Shown piece after piece: positions 28,586 through 42,809 of a DNA stretch of 64,000 nt. A model generated the notes under the pieces. That model ran no database searches. It was not told the origin of the DNA and saw only the letters and a list, made by a program, of their open reading frames with translations. Positions within the stretch are counted from its first letter, which is position 1. Each line of letters begins with the position of its first letter. The stretch lies in contig OX597827.1 in the NCBI GenBank assembly GCA_951406725.2, forward strand, positions 35,092,001 to 35,156,000, written 5' to 3'. A program made the translations under genes and the position numbers. The DNA comes from Octopus vulgaris. Taxonomy: Eukaryota.

Positions 28586-29103
28586 TGTATTGATCAGTTT
28601 CTCTTTAATACTTTTTTCAATTATTTTTCATTAGTAGTAATGCGTGTCATTGATATGTTAATTACTCTTTCTCAGGAGCCACATTCAAAGTGTTATTATA
28701 TATATATAGATTTACTCCTCTTTTATGTGTGTAATTGAAGTTGAAAATGATCAATTTCGTACATGACCTTCTTTTTGTTTATTATATGACAATAATAAGG
28801 AGTTGTATTTGTTATTTTATATATCAATACAGTTGTGACAGTTATATAATACACAAGGCTTTGGTCGGCATGGAGCTGTAATGAAAGTGTAATGCCCAAC
28901 ATGATGCACAGTGGGACTAAACTCAAGGTGACATGGTTGGAAAGCAAGCTTCTCCACCACACAGCCACACCTATAAAGGAGAGATACATTTTGGATAATA
29001 AACTCCTTGATACAAGATGCTTAACAAAAAGATGGGATATCTACGGCGAAAAGACCTTTGATTTTAATATTTACTCAAGCAACGTAGCAACAACGCTACA
29101 CCA

Positions 29104-29591
29104 TATTGGGTGTTCCAGAATTAACTATCTGTTTCAATGAAATTATGCAAATTAAAAAAAAAACTGACAGAAGTTTATCTTTATTACCAAAACAAATAGA
29201 TTTATAAATCTTACGTCAAGCTTTTATGGAAAATAAATATCCAGTATCCCTGCATACTTCAGATCTCTCCTTAGCGTTGTGGAACACATTTTGAAGCATT
29301 TCAGATGTTAGCTCCTGCACTGCTAACTGAATGTGTTCTTTAGGCTCAGCTGAACGATTGCTCCATCTTGGGGATGGAGGTAAAGAACGGGATTGTTCCT
29401 AAATTAAAAAAAAAATCCGGTCATGGACAAATAAGAGAGGTCCAACAGGAATGAAAATAGAATTATAAGCAAAATTCAAAATTTATACGCTTTTAACACA
29501 TATTAAACATGATAAACATAAATAAAAGCAAGTTTTTTTTTAAATGCATCCGATTTCACTCAAATCATCATTAATTCTGGGACACCCTGTA
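29104..29591. mobile_element. Tc1/mariner-type non-autonomous element
   Basis: TIRs gggtgttccagaatta / taattctgggacaccc with TA flanks. Confidence 0.7.
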
Positions 29592-31132
29592 TCTACTCGT
29601 CCGACTAAAACAGGGGAAGGTAACAGAGGTGGTAGGGGCTAATTGCAGGTGGCGAGCGTAGCTTCCAGAAGTGGTCACGCGGTCAAATTCGAATGGTTGT
29701 GAGTCACAACAGTTAGCAGTTTGTTGTTTTTGTATGAACAGTTTGCATTATATAGTTCAGACATGGATAACATAGAAAGCAGACATGCTGCCGGGCCATG
29801 CTGCGTTACGCAAGATTGGAGATGTGAAACATCAACAAGGCACTTCTGAAGAATAGATGAATGGGCTTGTTGTACCTTAACACAGCCGCACACACACGCA
29901 CAAGGTCCTGTGGTGCGTGGGATGGTAACATGAAGCATCGACAGGGCGCCGACAATAATTTTAATGTTCTTCTCATTTCCTATGCCAAATTGGACAAAAA
30001 GATTTTCATGAAATATTATACGCTACTTATAATGCATATATAGTATCAATATTTTATCGTCGGAAAATGACCTAAACAAAGATAAAACCCAGTGCAGTAT
30101 ACTCAAATCTGATTAATCTGCAATTTTGGTGGGGTCCATAGTCGGCGTCGGAAATGTTGTTTAGTCAACAGCAATTCGAGGAGCCTGATAAATGTTTGTT
30201 GTACATTTGGAAGACAGCGACTGGATGCTCTTCAACTTACGGGCCTTAATGCCGAGAAAATGCTTTTAAAATGCGGTTTATCTGCCCCTGGGCCTGCAAT
30301 AGGCAAGAAGTTGAATTTTTTTTGGACTTATGACACTCCAAATACTCTATGTAACGCATGTGTAAAATTTCATTAAGATCAGTTGGGTGGATCTCGAGTT
30401 TTAACGGAATGACAAACACACAGACAGACAGACATCTGTTTTTTATATACATATAGATTCTTTCTTTCTTTTAATTATTCCCCAATATTTCTTTCAATTT
30501 TTCTTTCATTCATACATCAATATTTCTTCCTTTTATTTATTCTCTATTCTATCTTTCTCTTAACCATTTTTGATATTTCTTTTAGTTAGTCTTCAAATTG
30601 TCATTCTTTATGATTCAATATTTGTTCCCCCCAATATTTAATTTACCCTGTTATTCTTCATTGTAACTTCAGTTATTCTTTAATTCAATAACCATTTCAG
30701 TTATTCTTTAGTATTTCATCTATTATTTTCGAGTATCTCTTTCATTTTTCCTTAAAATATCACCCATAAATTATTTCTCAATTTTTTTTAACCAATTCTA
30801 TTTGTCTTTAGGTTTGTTTTTCTCTTTTGTAAAATCAAATATATTTTCGCTTGAACGTTGGTTAGATATCAAATTTCCCACAAGTTTCGAAATCTGTTAA
30901 AAACACCCAAATATTGAAATTGACATGATTTCCAAGATCGGTTCGTCTTGTTTTTGTGGTGGTGGTGGAGAATTGCTCTTATGTTTGTAGTAGAGGGGCA
31001 AATATGACGTTTATGATATTTTTACTTCCCAAAGACTCTCAGACTCGGCTGGTAGGGAGCTTTTCTCTTGTTTAATAATGAACACTTGAATTGGACTAGA
31101 TATTTTTTAAAATGCTGTTAATGTAATTACAG

Positions 31133-31350
31133 ATGTGACGAATTGGACAGTGACTGTCTACAACAGTACCGACGTCACAAACAAGCTGACTCTTTATTTT
31201 TACGGAGTTAAGAGAATTATACAGACACATTTTTTAAGTGAATACGACAAAGATAGAACATATGAAAACAGATATAATTTTATCACTTCTCGTTTTAAAG
31301 AATGGAGTGGATTACGGATCACAGTATACACAAATGAAATGATTAAAGAC
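31133..31350 (+). CDS. Host gene exon, module 4 part A (phase 1->0): (D)VTNWTVTVYNSTDVTNKLTLYFYGVKRIIQTHFLSEYDKDRTYENRYNFITSRFKEWSGLRITVYTNEMIKD
   Basis: ttacag acceptor, GAC|gtaagt donor, ORF 31135..31389. WTVTV...LTLYFYG echoes the first PLAT strands. Confidence 0.8.
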
Positions 31351-32194
31351 GTAAGTAAAATTCAATTATTCCTAAGAGTTTTGTATTAATTGTTTAGCAC
31401 CATATCAACTCTATAATTAAATACATTCTAACTTTGTCAGTCTCGTCTTATTCAGATAAGCATAATCAGCACTACATTATGCAATATGTCTTCCTCTTTT
31501 CAAGACGGCCGGGTGCGTTTTGAATGAAATTTGACTGCCTTTTCTAACAGATAGAGTGACCAGGTTGAATTCTTCTAAAACCCATGATGAACTTGATAAA
31601 AAATTCTCGCATATTTTAGTTTCAACTGAAATTCTTACTGACTGAATTTGCAAAATACTTATTGAATATATTTTCCTTCGCTTCAACGTTTCAAAATTAC
31701 TGCGTAACATCCGGTAACATAATCATGTGCACTGATAATGATTTTAACATAGGAACAAGAAGACAGATCTTTTAGGATATGAGTATAAGCGATGAAAAGA
31801 CCTAATAGCTAAGTAGTACATCTTTATAATGAAATATTTTTGTTACTCCCTTTTTATGAATGTTTGCGAAATGGCAGAGTGTTTATTCCCGGTTATTGCG
31901 TTCTGAGTTCAAATTATACAGAGCCCAACTTTACTTTTCATCTTTTCAGTGTCGATAAAGTATTAACCTAAGATGGTGTACTGGTGGACTAGAGAGTCAT
32001 TTGGACGTCGTATAAAATTCATTATGGCATTTCTTCCGGATCTTTGCATTTTGAGTTCAAATTGCATTGTGACCTGCTTAGACTTATTACGTCACTCGGT
32101 TTAAGACCTTCATCTGATTCTTTAGTACCTTTAAAGAAATTCACTTTGCAAGCATCCGAGTTGGGTCTTCGGTTTGAAGATAGCACTCTCTCTT

Positions 32195-32401
32195 TACTCT
32201 TTTACTTGTTTCAGTCATTTGACTGCGGCCATGCTGGAGCACCGCCTTTAATCGAGCAACTCGACCCCGATTCTTTTGTAAGCACAGTACTTATTCTATC
32301 GGTCTCTTTTGCCGAACCGCTAAGTAACGAGGACATAAACACACCAGCATCGGTTGTCAAGCAATGCTAGGGGGACAAACACAGACACACAAACACACAC
32401 A

Positions 32402-32460
<59 letters not shown>

Positions 32461-32620
32461 GACGGGCTTCTTTCAGTTTCCGTCTACCAAATCCACTCAC
32501 AAGGCTTTGGTCGGCCCGAGGCTATAGTAGAAGACACTTGCCCAAGGTGCCACGCAGTGGGACTGAACCCGGAACCATGTGGCTGGTAAACAAGCTACTT
32601 ACCACACAGCCACTCCTGCA
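32195..32620 (-). mobile_element. Microsatellite-containing SINE-like repeat
   Basis: ttgtttcagtcatttgactgcggccatgctggagcaccg segment recurs at 42593; tRNA-like head at 32550-32618. Confidence 0.65.
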
Positions 32621-33451
32621 CCTCTCTCCCACTCCTCACAACAATCTGGAAGACCCTGCGGTGGTAGCTGTAGGGATATAGGCATTGACATAACCTTCTG
32701 ACTAAGAAGCTTACCTTTTCAAATATGGTAACTGACACTTCGACCTCTGCCATTGTTGATAGCAACAGCAATTCCATGCAACGCTATGCAGTGTCTCTTC
32801 TTTCACTCTTATTTGTTTAAATCATTGGAGTGTGACCGTACTGGCGCATCACTTTCAACGGTTTAGCCTAATATATTGATCTCCGCACTTATCTTAGTCC
32901 TTTACAGTTTGTCGAAGTGTAAATTGTAGGATATAAGACAATTTTTCAAGATGCCATATAGTGGGATCAAATCCGTACTCGTAATGGCAAGGCAACTTTC
33001 TTAATGATGCGCTGTACCTCCATCTTTTTTTCTGCCTTGTTTTTCGGTTTTCTTTTCGAATAAAGTTAGATTTGGAGGAAACATTAATCATTCTGTGATA
33101 GTTGGTGAATTCGTTAATAAAATTTAGGTTGTATATATATGTGGAGAGAGTTAGAGAGTGTCACTATGCAATGCTGTTGAGGTTCTGTGTAGGTGCATTG
33201 AGGTACACGTCGTTCCATAACTGGTTATAACTAAACTACCAGTTAAATTATCACACCTCGCACAGAAGAGGGTCTCTACTAATCGATTTTATCAATCAAT
33301 GAACCTTTCGATGATAGGTTTCCTCGATAAGAAGTAGTCTGGTACTAAATCAACAATATCAACAACTAATTTGCGAAAATCTTTACTTTTAAACATTTGT
33401 AAGACAACCATCAATGAACAAGGCTAACAGTGTTGTATCTTATTTACTTAG

Positions 33452-33554
33452 GGATTTCAATTAATGATAAATGAAAGCGGTCATCGGCCTTTGAATTTCA
33501 CTGCACTTGGTAAGAGCAGCGCACTGCATGTATATTTTGCAACTCCTTGTACAA
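33452..33554 (+). CDS. Host gene exon, module 4 part B (phase 0->1): GFQLMINESGHRPLNFTALGKSSALHVYFATPCT
   Basis: tttacttag acceptor; two in-phase donors (after 33509 G|gtaaga and after 33554 A|gtaagt). Confidence 0.68.
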
Positions 33555-33597
33555 GTAAGTAATAAAGGCATTAAGCATCTCTCTCTCTCTCCCTCTC

Positions 33598-33648
<51 letters not shown>

Positions 33649-33651
33649 TAA

Positions 33652-34028
33652 TCTCTCTCTATATATAAGGCTGAAGTTGTCTGTGTATGGCAGGTTTGGT
33701 AGCCTTCAACTAACACAATCTCCTTCGAGACCCTGCGGCGCAAGTTGACCAAAATTGAGAGTATGATAGAATAAGGCTTGCTCTTCCTTCCGTAGAAGAA
33801 AAAAATTCAAATCGGACCATGTTAAGACCAAAAATTATTTACATCAAAAAGGTGCTTTTTTTCTATGCAAACCCCTATTTTTTACGATTTTTTAACAGCT
33901 GTGTCGCCATTTTTCGATGCATTTCAATCAGAAAAATGTTCACTTAAAGAGAATAACAAGCTACATAATGCAAATTTTTTACATTTCAAAAATTCCAATT
34001 CTAAAGGGTCGAAACAAACCCGAGCAAC
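33652..34028 (+). mobile_element. Non-autonomous Helitron-like element
   Basis: TC-start tctctatatataag...tgtctgt; 3' caaacccgagcaac matches the end of the 52616 element. Confidence 0.5.
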
Positions 34029-34227
34029 AGATTAAGAAAACAGAAAAAAAAAAACAAGAAACAAGAACAACGCGAGGACGTAGTACATGCAAAGTTTTAA
34101 TGAGACGCTCAGAGAAGTAAAGAAAGAGTGGTTAGACATAGGAAAGTTCAAAAGAAAAGGAAAAAGGGAGGAAAAAATCGCCAACGGTCCACGTGAAGTT
34201 ACATTTTTGAAATGACCGGAAGCAGAT

Positions 34228-35262
34228 ATATTTCTTTACTACCCACAAGGGGCTAAACACAGAGAGGACGAACAAGGACAGACAAACGGATTAAATCGAT
34301 TACATCGACCCCAGTGCGTAACTGGTATTTAATTTATCGACCCCGAAAGGATGAAAGGCAAAGTCGACCTCAGCGGAATTTGAACTCAGAACGTAACGGC
34401 AGACAAAATACGGCTACGCATTTCGCCCGGCGTGCTAACGGTTCTGCCAGCTCGCTGCCATAACCGGAAGCAGATAGACAAAGAGAAAGTGCTTTCTGGG
34501 AAGGAGAATGTGAAGAATGGTTGGTATCTGTGTGTATGTGTGGGTGTGTACGTGTGGGTGTGTGTGTGTGTGTGTGTGTGTGGTAGTAAGTGTGTGTGCG
34601 TGTGTGTGATAGCGCGTGTGTGTATGGTAGCGTGTGTGTGTGTATGCGTGGTAGCGTGTGTGCGTGTATTGGTGACCGGATGTGTGAGTACGAGATGTGG
34701 TCTGGCAGAAACGTTAGCACGCCGGATGAAATACTTAGCGGTATTTCGTCTGCGTTACGTTGTGAGTTCAAATTCCGCCGAGGTCGACTTTGCCTTTCAT
34801 CCTTTCAGGGTCGATAAATTAAGTACCAGTTACGCACTGGGGTCGATGTAATCGACTTAATACCTATGTCTGTCCTTGTTTGTCCCCTCTGTGTTTAGCC
34901 CCTTGTGGGTAATAAAGAAATAGGCATTTCGTCTGTCGTTACGTTGTTGTTCAAATTCCGCCGAGGTTGACTTTGCCTTTCATCCTTTCGGGGTCGATAA
35001 ATTAAGTACCAGTTACGCACTGGGGTCGATGTAATCGACTTAATACCTATGTCTGTCCTTGTTTGTCCCCTCAATAGGTATTTCGTCTGTCGTTACGTTG
35101 TGAGTTCAAATTCCGCCGAGGTTGACTTTGCCTTTCATCCTTTCGGGGTCGATAAATTAAATACCAGTTACGCACTGGGGTCGAGCTAATCGACTTAATA
35201 CCTATGTCTGTCCTTGTTTGTCCCCTCTATGTTTAGCCCCTTGTGGGTAATAAAGAAATAGA
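34228..35262. mobile_element. OK-like SINE cluster: one minus copy (34228-34460) and three tandem plus copies (34700-35262)
   Basis: Direct tandem repeats of ~165-190 bp that are reverse complements of the upstream copy. Confidence 0.88.
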
Positions 35263-35439
35263 TATTAACTGATTACATCTGTTTGTTGTGTGAGTGGTCC
35301 GCGTGTGTCTGTTAATGTTGTAGTGAGAGATTAGCAGCTATGTTGAGAGGTACGGGTGGTTGTGGCAGTGAGTGTGTGCTTTTCAAGTGAGTCGGGGCAG
35401 TTTGAAGGGGATTTGAGAGGCACTCGGAAGGGTGGGTGT

Positions 35440-36325
35440 GGACGTGTGTATGTGTTGGCATGTGCACGTAGACGGCGTGGGAATGTGTGTATGTGTGTGT
35501 GGACATGTGTCTGGGTGCGTGTGTGTCCCACTCTCTCTGTGTCACTGTCTCTCTCTTTATATGTATGCGTGTGTGCGTGCGAGAATGTGTGTGTATGAGC
35601 GTGTGAGTGAGTGTGGAAGTGTATGTGTGTGTGTGTGTGTATGTCTGTCCGTGTATGTCTGTCCGTGTATGTCTGTATTGAGTGCGTGGAACTATATGTG
35701 GATTCATGTGTGCGCATGTGTGTATGTATGTGGGGTTGCGTCTGTGGAAGTATATGTTCGTTCATGTGTGTATGAGTGCGTGTGTGTATGCGTGTGTGCG
35801 TGTATGTACGTGTGTGTATGTGTGCGCATGTATGTGTGTTGTGTGTTTGTTGTGTGTGCGGAGGTATATATGCGTTCGTGTGTATGCGTGTGTGTTTTTG
35901 CACCTGCGTGCGTGTGTATGTATGTACGTGTGTGAGAGGGAGAGATGGGTGAGGTGGCGTGTGGATGTGTTGTCTGAAGGGTGTGTGAATAGGTGAATGT
36001 GGCTGTGTGAAAGGGTGAGGGTGGATGGTGTGTGTGTTGGCATGTGTGCGTGGATAGAGTGGGAATGTGTACATGTGTGTGTACACATGTATGAGTATGT
36101 GTGTGTGTTTATCTTTGTGTGTCATTCTGTCGCGCGCTCTCTTACTGTATACATGTGTGTGTATGTGTGTGTACCTAACTCTGCGTGTACCTAACTCTGT
36201 TGCGTGTGTGGAAGCGTATGTATGTGTGTATATGTGTGTATGTGTGTTCGTTGTGTGTGTGTAAGAGCTATGTGGAGGTATGTGTGCATTCGTGTGTGTA
36301 TGTAGAGGGTTGTGTGTGCGTGCGT
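35440..36325. repeat. Degenerate (GT)n-rich region
   Basis: Directly visible. Confidence 0.9.
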
Positions 36326-36389
36326 TAGAGGGAGATGAGTGGTGGTAGGTGGTGTCTGGTGTAGGAATAGGAGATAAATTATTAATACA

Positions 36390-38895
36390 AACCATAATAG
36401 TACAAATAATTACAAATAACTAGAAACTGTAAAATAAACCGAATTTTTATTTAACCATGATGGTCTACACGAAGAGAGGACGTTACAAAGACAGGCAAGG
36501 GGTTGGGGAACGAATGACTAACAACCATGAATTTAGACATACAGTTAAAAATAAATGAAAAATATGAAAATCGAGTGGATTAAAACAGAAACCCCCCAAA
36601 CCACGTACCAACGCTGAAACTTGTTTTTTTTTACCGTTTTCTTCTCACTCAAGTAGATTCATTCACTCTCAACATGTTCGCAACAATCTTCCATCTCTTC
36701 ACGAATGCACTTTGCGACAAGCATCTCCTCTCCAGTCTTATTTACCTTTTTAGGTGGAAAAGGAAAAAGTTAACCAACCCAAAGCTGAAGATGAAGATGC
36801 CCATCACAATGCTTTTCACTCGCGTCTTCCATACTACTTCCTTCATGATAGCCACTACACAGAGGAAACAACCTGCTCTTCCCTGTTCAGAGAAGTCGGC
36901 AGAACAATCTTAATTATAGATTCGGATGATATTTATACTCTTCATGTCGTGACAGCAGTTGCTCGACATAAACCTATAGTTCCAAGATCTTCGGACACTG
37001 CACAGTTGCGTGCAGAACAGTTTCACTATTCTGCCCGCATCTTGGGCATGTTGTCGTGGATGAAGAACCATACCAGTAGAATTTATCCCGACCAAGTAAG
37101 GCTCCTCGGTAACATTGCCATGCCTGGTGGAACCCCCCGCTGCCAGCGTCACCTATCTGGGAAAAGAGTAAGAGTGCCTAACGGAACTCTGCTTGCCAAG
37201 CACCCACTTCGATCTAAGTGGTGAATGGCGGAAGCAACAGTCTGACGAACGGAGATCACACCTGCTCACCATCAAAGTAGAGCTAGCGATGCCTCAGACT
37301 CAGTGCATGCCTGCACATTTTGAGCCATGGCATCCCCAGCCCACCCTTCAGCGGTTGTTGGCAGCAAATAGAGCGCCTTACAAGAGGTCTCCTTCTCCTC
37401 CACAAAAACGGAAGAGCATGCGTTCCAGCTTGTTCAGCAACGAATTTGGGCAAGGCACGACGGTCAGGTGGTAGGTAATTACAGATGCGATAAACACACC
37501 TGCAACCTCCGCCCTCCCTTTCAGAGATAGCTTCCGTATAGACCAGGTTTGAGTTAGGAGAGCCACCCTACTCGTCACCTCACCCCAGTTGTTCTCTATC
37601 TGGAGTTCTGAGCCAAACCAGACTTCTAGCATTTTCATCGATCCGTCCGTCCAACGTCCCACGACGTTGTTGGGCGGGATCGACTTGCTCCCCCAGGTAC
37701 CGATTTGAAAGCCGACCGACTTATCCCGCGTAATACCTTATGGCCTTATCTACCCATTGTAGGTGTTCAAATCAGGATATGATGTTGGTGATGTAGTACG
37801 CATACGCCAAAACCGATTCTCCACACCATAGATCTCGTGGGATGCCTCTCATAGCCTCCAACTTCTGCAGAAATGGCTCGAAGGCCAAAACATACAGAAG
37901 TGGGGAAAGAGGATACCCTTGACGTACCGAATGCTCAATACAGAACCGTTCCAAAACGAAACCGTTCACCTAAACGATCGAATCGATGTTGCGATACAAA
38001 GCAGTGATCCACCCACGGAAGGTGGGTTCAAACCCGGCCGCCGCAAGGACCGCTGCCAGATACCGATGTTCAACCCTATCAAACGCTTTCGATTGGTCTA
38101 AATGGACCATAGCCCCATCCTCACCAGGAATTCTATTTACCCTCTTTAAGGTGTAGCGTATAAGATGGAGATTGTCATGAATCGACCTGCTAGGGATTTC
38201 GCAGGTTTGCATTTCCTCAACAAGTGAACCCACGGCTTGCGCCAAACTTTTTGCTAAAATCTTGGCCAAAATATTAAGCTCTGGGTCGAAAATTATCAAG
38301 TACATTCCCTTCGTTTGTATCCTTTTTAGCAGCACCACAACCCCCGGCTCACAGACCCAGGAATGCTCCCATTATGCTGCCAGTTGCTGTAGACGCATGC
38401 TATGTGCCCAAACAAGTCTTGCATACTATAATACAATTTGCAGGGGAGACCATCTAATCCTGGCAACCTATCCCCGTCACAGTCCGATATGCCTCCTCCA
38501 CTTCCGCAGCAGTGATCGGCCCGTCACAGCATTCCACTTCCCGCCCCGAAAGGGGTGGCAAACCAGCGAGGAAGTCCGCGAGGTCCTCCTCACTCTCCGG
38601 TTTACCGCCCCCCCAAAAAGATGGGCGAAATGCTCGTGAAACTACCTTGCACATCTCCTCGGTTTCGTTTACTGAACGCTCATGCTGGTCCGTCAAAGAC
38701 CTTATTGTGCCACTATTTCCACGTTGGGTCTCTAACACACGGACCCATCCGGCAACGTTGATTTCCTCCTGTCGCATTGCACGTAACTTAACCCTGACAA
38801 TACATCTTTCGTGTTTAGTTTTGAGATGTTGGTCGTGATCCAACTTTGTAGCTAAAATGCTGGATGCTGAGCCTGACCACATTGCTATTTCTAGA
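36390..38895 (-). mobile_element. L1/Tx1-like LINE ORF2 (RT to 3' UTR), degraded
   Basis: LDQSKAFDRVEH, VRQGYPLSPLLY, LSLKGRAEV. Confidence 0.92.
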
Positions 38896-38899
38896 GCCT

Positions 38900-39397
38900 T
38901 AATTAAAAGATCAAAAATAGAAAAATAAATAGATAAAATGAAGATATCAAATTAAACAAGTAAAACACTAACAGAAATAATCTTATAAAAAAGACTAATG
39001 AAAATGAATGAATGAATAAAAAATGAATGAATGAATGAAATAAACGAAAAAAGCGAATGAAAAACAAATAGAAAATTAATAAAAGATAACCGAATAAAAA
39101 ATAAATAAACGATAAAAAATCGATAATGAACGAATGAAAATAATAAATAACTGAGTAAAAAATAATTTTTAAGGAAGATACAGGGACAGTCATTGAGAGG
39201 AGGGGTTTGTATTGAGTCCGAAAGGAGTTTTGGTACGTAGAGTAAAAATGTAACGCTGCTCCAGGCGGAGTCTAGAGTTGGTGGATCCATTGCGTAGGAC
39301 AAGGCCGAAGACAGTGATATTTGAGGTGGAGTGGTTGACCGAGCGAAAATGACGAGCGAGCGACGGGGGTGTTCGTACGTAGACGAACATCTCGTAG
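38900..39397 (-). mobile_element. PLE GIY-YIG C-terminus plus T-rich 3' UTR
   Basis: DVRLRTNTPVA/RHFRSVNH...RLRLEQRYIFTLRTKTPFGLN; abuts (TA)n. Confidence 0.8.
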
Positions 39398-39430
<33 letters not shown>

Positions 39431-39608
39431 AAGAGAAAGGGGAAGGGAGAGAAATAGATAGAAAGAAAGAGGAACAGTTGGGATGGAAAGAGAAAGAGAG
39501 AAAGTTTCAAATATTCTGTTGAATTCATTCATTACTTCCTTTCCTTATGTTTCCATAATTCCTTTTGCTCTCACTTTGCCATAATGTCTCCCTTTTCATA
39601 TTTTCCAG

Positions 39609-39704
39609 ATCATGCAAATGTTCAAACAGGAGGGTATTTTTTAACAACCTGCATTGGAAATAACTATTGTTTATATGAACCGGATTTCACTATCACTGTA
39701 GCAG
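39609..39704 (+). CDS. Host gene symmetric exon (phase 1->1): HANVQTGGYFLTTCIGNNYCLYEPDFTITVA
   Basis: tttttccag acceptor, CAG|gtaatt donor, 96 nt open. Confidence 0.68.
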
Positions 39705-40007
39705 GTAATTAGTCTTGCTTATTAATTAACAGTACATATACTTCTTTTTGTGCTTTTTCACATGACTAAGAGGATTTCAGAGCAGCGCCTTTAACTATCC
39801 TTAGAACTTGATGATTGTTGGAACGATGGAAGAAGCCTTTCTTAAGAGAGACAGTCTGAGCGCTTACAATGGACTGGAGCCCGCTAGGCATACAAGTTAC
39901 CAGATGGTGGTATGTATCCGGGCGACGGATTCAGTCTGCTACCCAATTGCTGGAACAGTTTCTTGAACGTTGAATTATAGAGTTGTGAAACAAATCTTTT
40001 ACGTAGC

Positions 40008-40183
40008 TTCTTCTTCTTCTTCTTCTTCTTCTTCTTCTTCTTCTTCTTCTTCTTCTTCTTCTTCTTCTTCTTCTTCTTCTTCTTCTTCTTCTTCTTTCTT
40101 CTTCTTCTTCTTCTTCTTCTTCTTCTTCTTCTTCTTCTTCTTCTTCTTCTTCTTCTTCTTCTTCTTCTTCTTCTTCTTCTTCT
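40008..40183. repeat. (TTC)n microsatellite
   Basis: Directly visible, with one register shift. Confidence 0.97.
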
Positions 40184-40864
40184 GTTCCCTCCTGTATTTC
40201 ATCAAGCCGTTTTGCCCTAAATACACGCAGCGAGATGAAGTATTTAGTTTTGTCCCAAACATGAAGTTAATTTGAATTCATGAAATACTGCTAGTTCACT
40301 GCCTAATCCGTGCTATTATTTTCTTTGTTATAGTTTATAGATAGATTTTTTTAATGCTCTAATTCAAGCAAAACCGGATTATGTTTCACAGTTCTTCAGA
40401 ATCAATATGTAAAGTAACTTAAAGTCATCACAGTCCTCACTAGTGCCTCTTAGCCATGATTTATTTCCATCACATATCTTCGTATTTGACAATGAAATAA
40501 TATTTGTTAAGTTGTTAGACAAATATAATTCTGATGCCAGATTCCAAGATTATTGTTATTTTTATTTATATATTTATACTTTTTTTTATATACATCTGTA
40601 TTTTTATATACGCCTGTACTGACTTTTCTCACTGCAAATGCCATTCCCTACAAAGGCACAAACGTAATTCTTTCCCAAATAAATTGCGCTTCATATTCGA
40701 GGCTCAACTATGAGTCCACTGCATCTCATAGCAGAAATAGCTGCAAGCTAATAAAGTTCATAAAATTATCATTTATTCCTTTGTCATCTTTTCTTACATA
40801 CTCATACATATATTTATTATATTTTTTGTTTATTTCAAAGATCTTTTTCCAAGCGTAATTGCAG

Positions 40865-41061
40865 AGTGGTTTCTACTAATAACAAACATCAAGCACAATA
40901 ATATAATTCTGAATATTATTGTAAACGATGTCATAACTTCATATGGCCCATCAAATTTATACAACGGAATGCTAAAAATAAGTTGTGGTACCACAACCAC
41001 AACTTATTCTGACAAAATGAAAATTCGACTCTTTCCAGGAGGAAACTGTGACGCAGTCAGA
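40865..41061 (+). CDS. Host gene exon, module 5 part A (phase 1->0): (E)WFLLITNIKHNNIILNIIVNDVITSYGPSNLYNGMLKISCGTTTTTYSDKMKIRLFPGGNCDAVR
   Basis: ttgcag acceptor, AGA|gtgagt donor, 197 nt open, phase compatible. Confidence 0.72.
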
Positions 41062-41312
41062 GTGAGTAACTATCAATTAAATTCTATTATTGGTTTTAGC
41101 AACTGAACTGCGGCCGTGCTGGGTCCATGACATCAAGGGATATCATTGATCATACTGATTCCAATATTTGTTGGTCTGGTACTTATGCTGTCGATCTTTA
41201 TTCATCTAATCATTGAATTACATTCTGATTATAAAAAGACAGCCTGGTACATAGTTTTACATTGGTAAACATTGATATAAACACAGATACATACACACAA
41301 ATATATGCGTGT

Positions 41313-42487
41313 ATGGGTAATTCCTGACATTTCACTCAAGATTCGTCCCGAAGGTTCTCAATTAAAAAAAAGTTACTATTTGTTTGTGTCCACGTGAGAA
41401 GTAAATCCTGAAAATTGCAACCCGATAGCTTTAATCATTCTTATTTTATGGCCTTTAAATTTTTTAGGGAATTTCCAACAATTTCCGCTCTTTTAGTTTA
41501 TTTCCGATTTGAGAGGCTTGCATTTTGAAATTGGGCTTGTTACGAACCTTTGTAAAGTTGTTTTCCTTATCTCCTCACTAAAGTGTTAGTTTTTTAACTT
41601 AGATGCCTTTGGAAAGGGCGTTTTTTTTCTATATCGTACCACTCTGAATTAAGAAAGCTGTTTTCGAAATGCAAGATCCTGTTTGCCAATGACATCATTG
41701 TTATTGTAGAGTTGACATATTAACATTGTAAAGCAAATAAGTTTCGAAATCTTTGAAATTATCGCACAAGGAAATCCGGACCCTTGCATTTGAGTGATTT
41801 TTTGCAATTTCTGAATTTGGTCCATTTTCAGTGGAGCCCAAAAATCAAGACCCACCTCCAGATGTACTTTAAGAATATATATAATTTCGTTTAGCTTTCA
41901 TATTCCTGTGATAAGTTATTGAGATGCAAAATTTTAAAAAAATATTCAATATCTTCCGGACTTTTGATTTCCTTGCATATTTAAGCGTCCCATTAAGGAC
42001 GAAAGACACGTTTAAGTTCTACTATCGGAATGGAATAGATGGGGTACTTTAAACGTACGATCATTCTGTGAAAGTTACTTAAATGTTGAATCATGTGAAA
42101 AGTGCACATTCTGCATGTTTTGCATAGTTTTCTTTTTAAATTTTTGATCATTCATTGTTCAAAGGCAGATAAATTAAAACAGTTAGTTCTGACTGATTTT
42201 AAAATACTTTCGGGTGGAGATATGAAAAATAAACTCACCAAGACGTGGAACAAACACAATTTCAAAATGCAAGCTTCCAAAATCAGAAAGAAAAAAGTAA
42301 TAAAACGGAAAATTTTGGAAATTCCCTAAAAAAAAGTAAATGGCTGTAAAATAAGAACGATTGATTTTATTGGGCAGCAGTTTTTTTGGGTTTACTTCTT
42401 ATATGGATAAAAAAAAATGGTAGAAATTTGATAAAAATCGAGACCCTTCGGAATGGACCTTGGGTAAAATTGGTTGGAATAATCCAT
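41313..42487. mobile_element. Non-autonomous DNA transposon with imperfect long TIRs
   Basis: 41313-41480 is an imperfect reverse complement of 42305-42487. Confidence 0.7.
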
Positions 42488-42527
42488 GTGCATATGAATG
42501 CATGTATATGATACATATGTACATACA

Positions 42528-42586
<59 letters not shown>

Positions 42587-42809
42587 TTTTATTTGTTTCA
42601 GTCATTTGACTGCGGCCATGCTGGAGCACCGAGTTTTTTAGTCGAACAAGTCGACCGCAGGACTTGTTCTTTGTAAGCCTAGTACTTATTCTATCGGGCG
42701 CTTTAGCCAAACCGCTAAATTACGGGGACGTAAACGCACCAACACCGGTTGTCAAGTGATGATGGGGACAAACACATAGACACAAACATACATATATACA
42801 TACATACAC

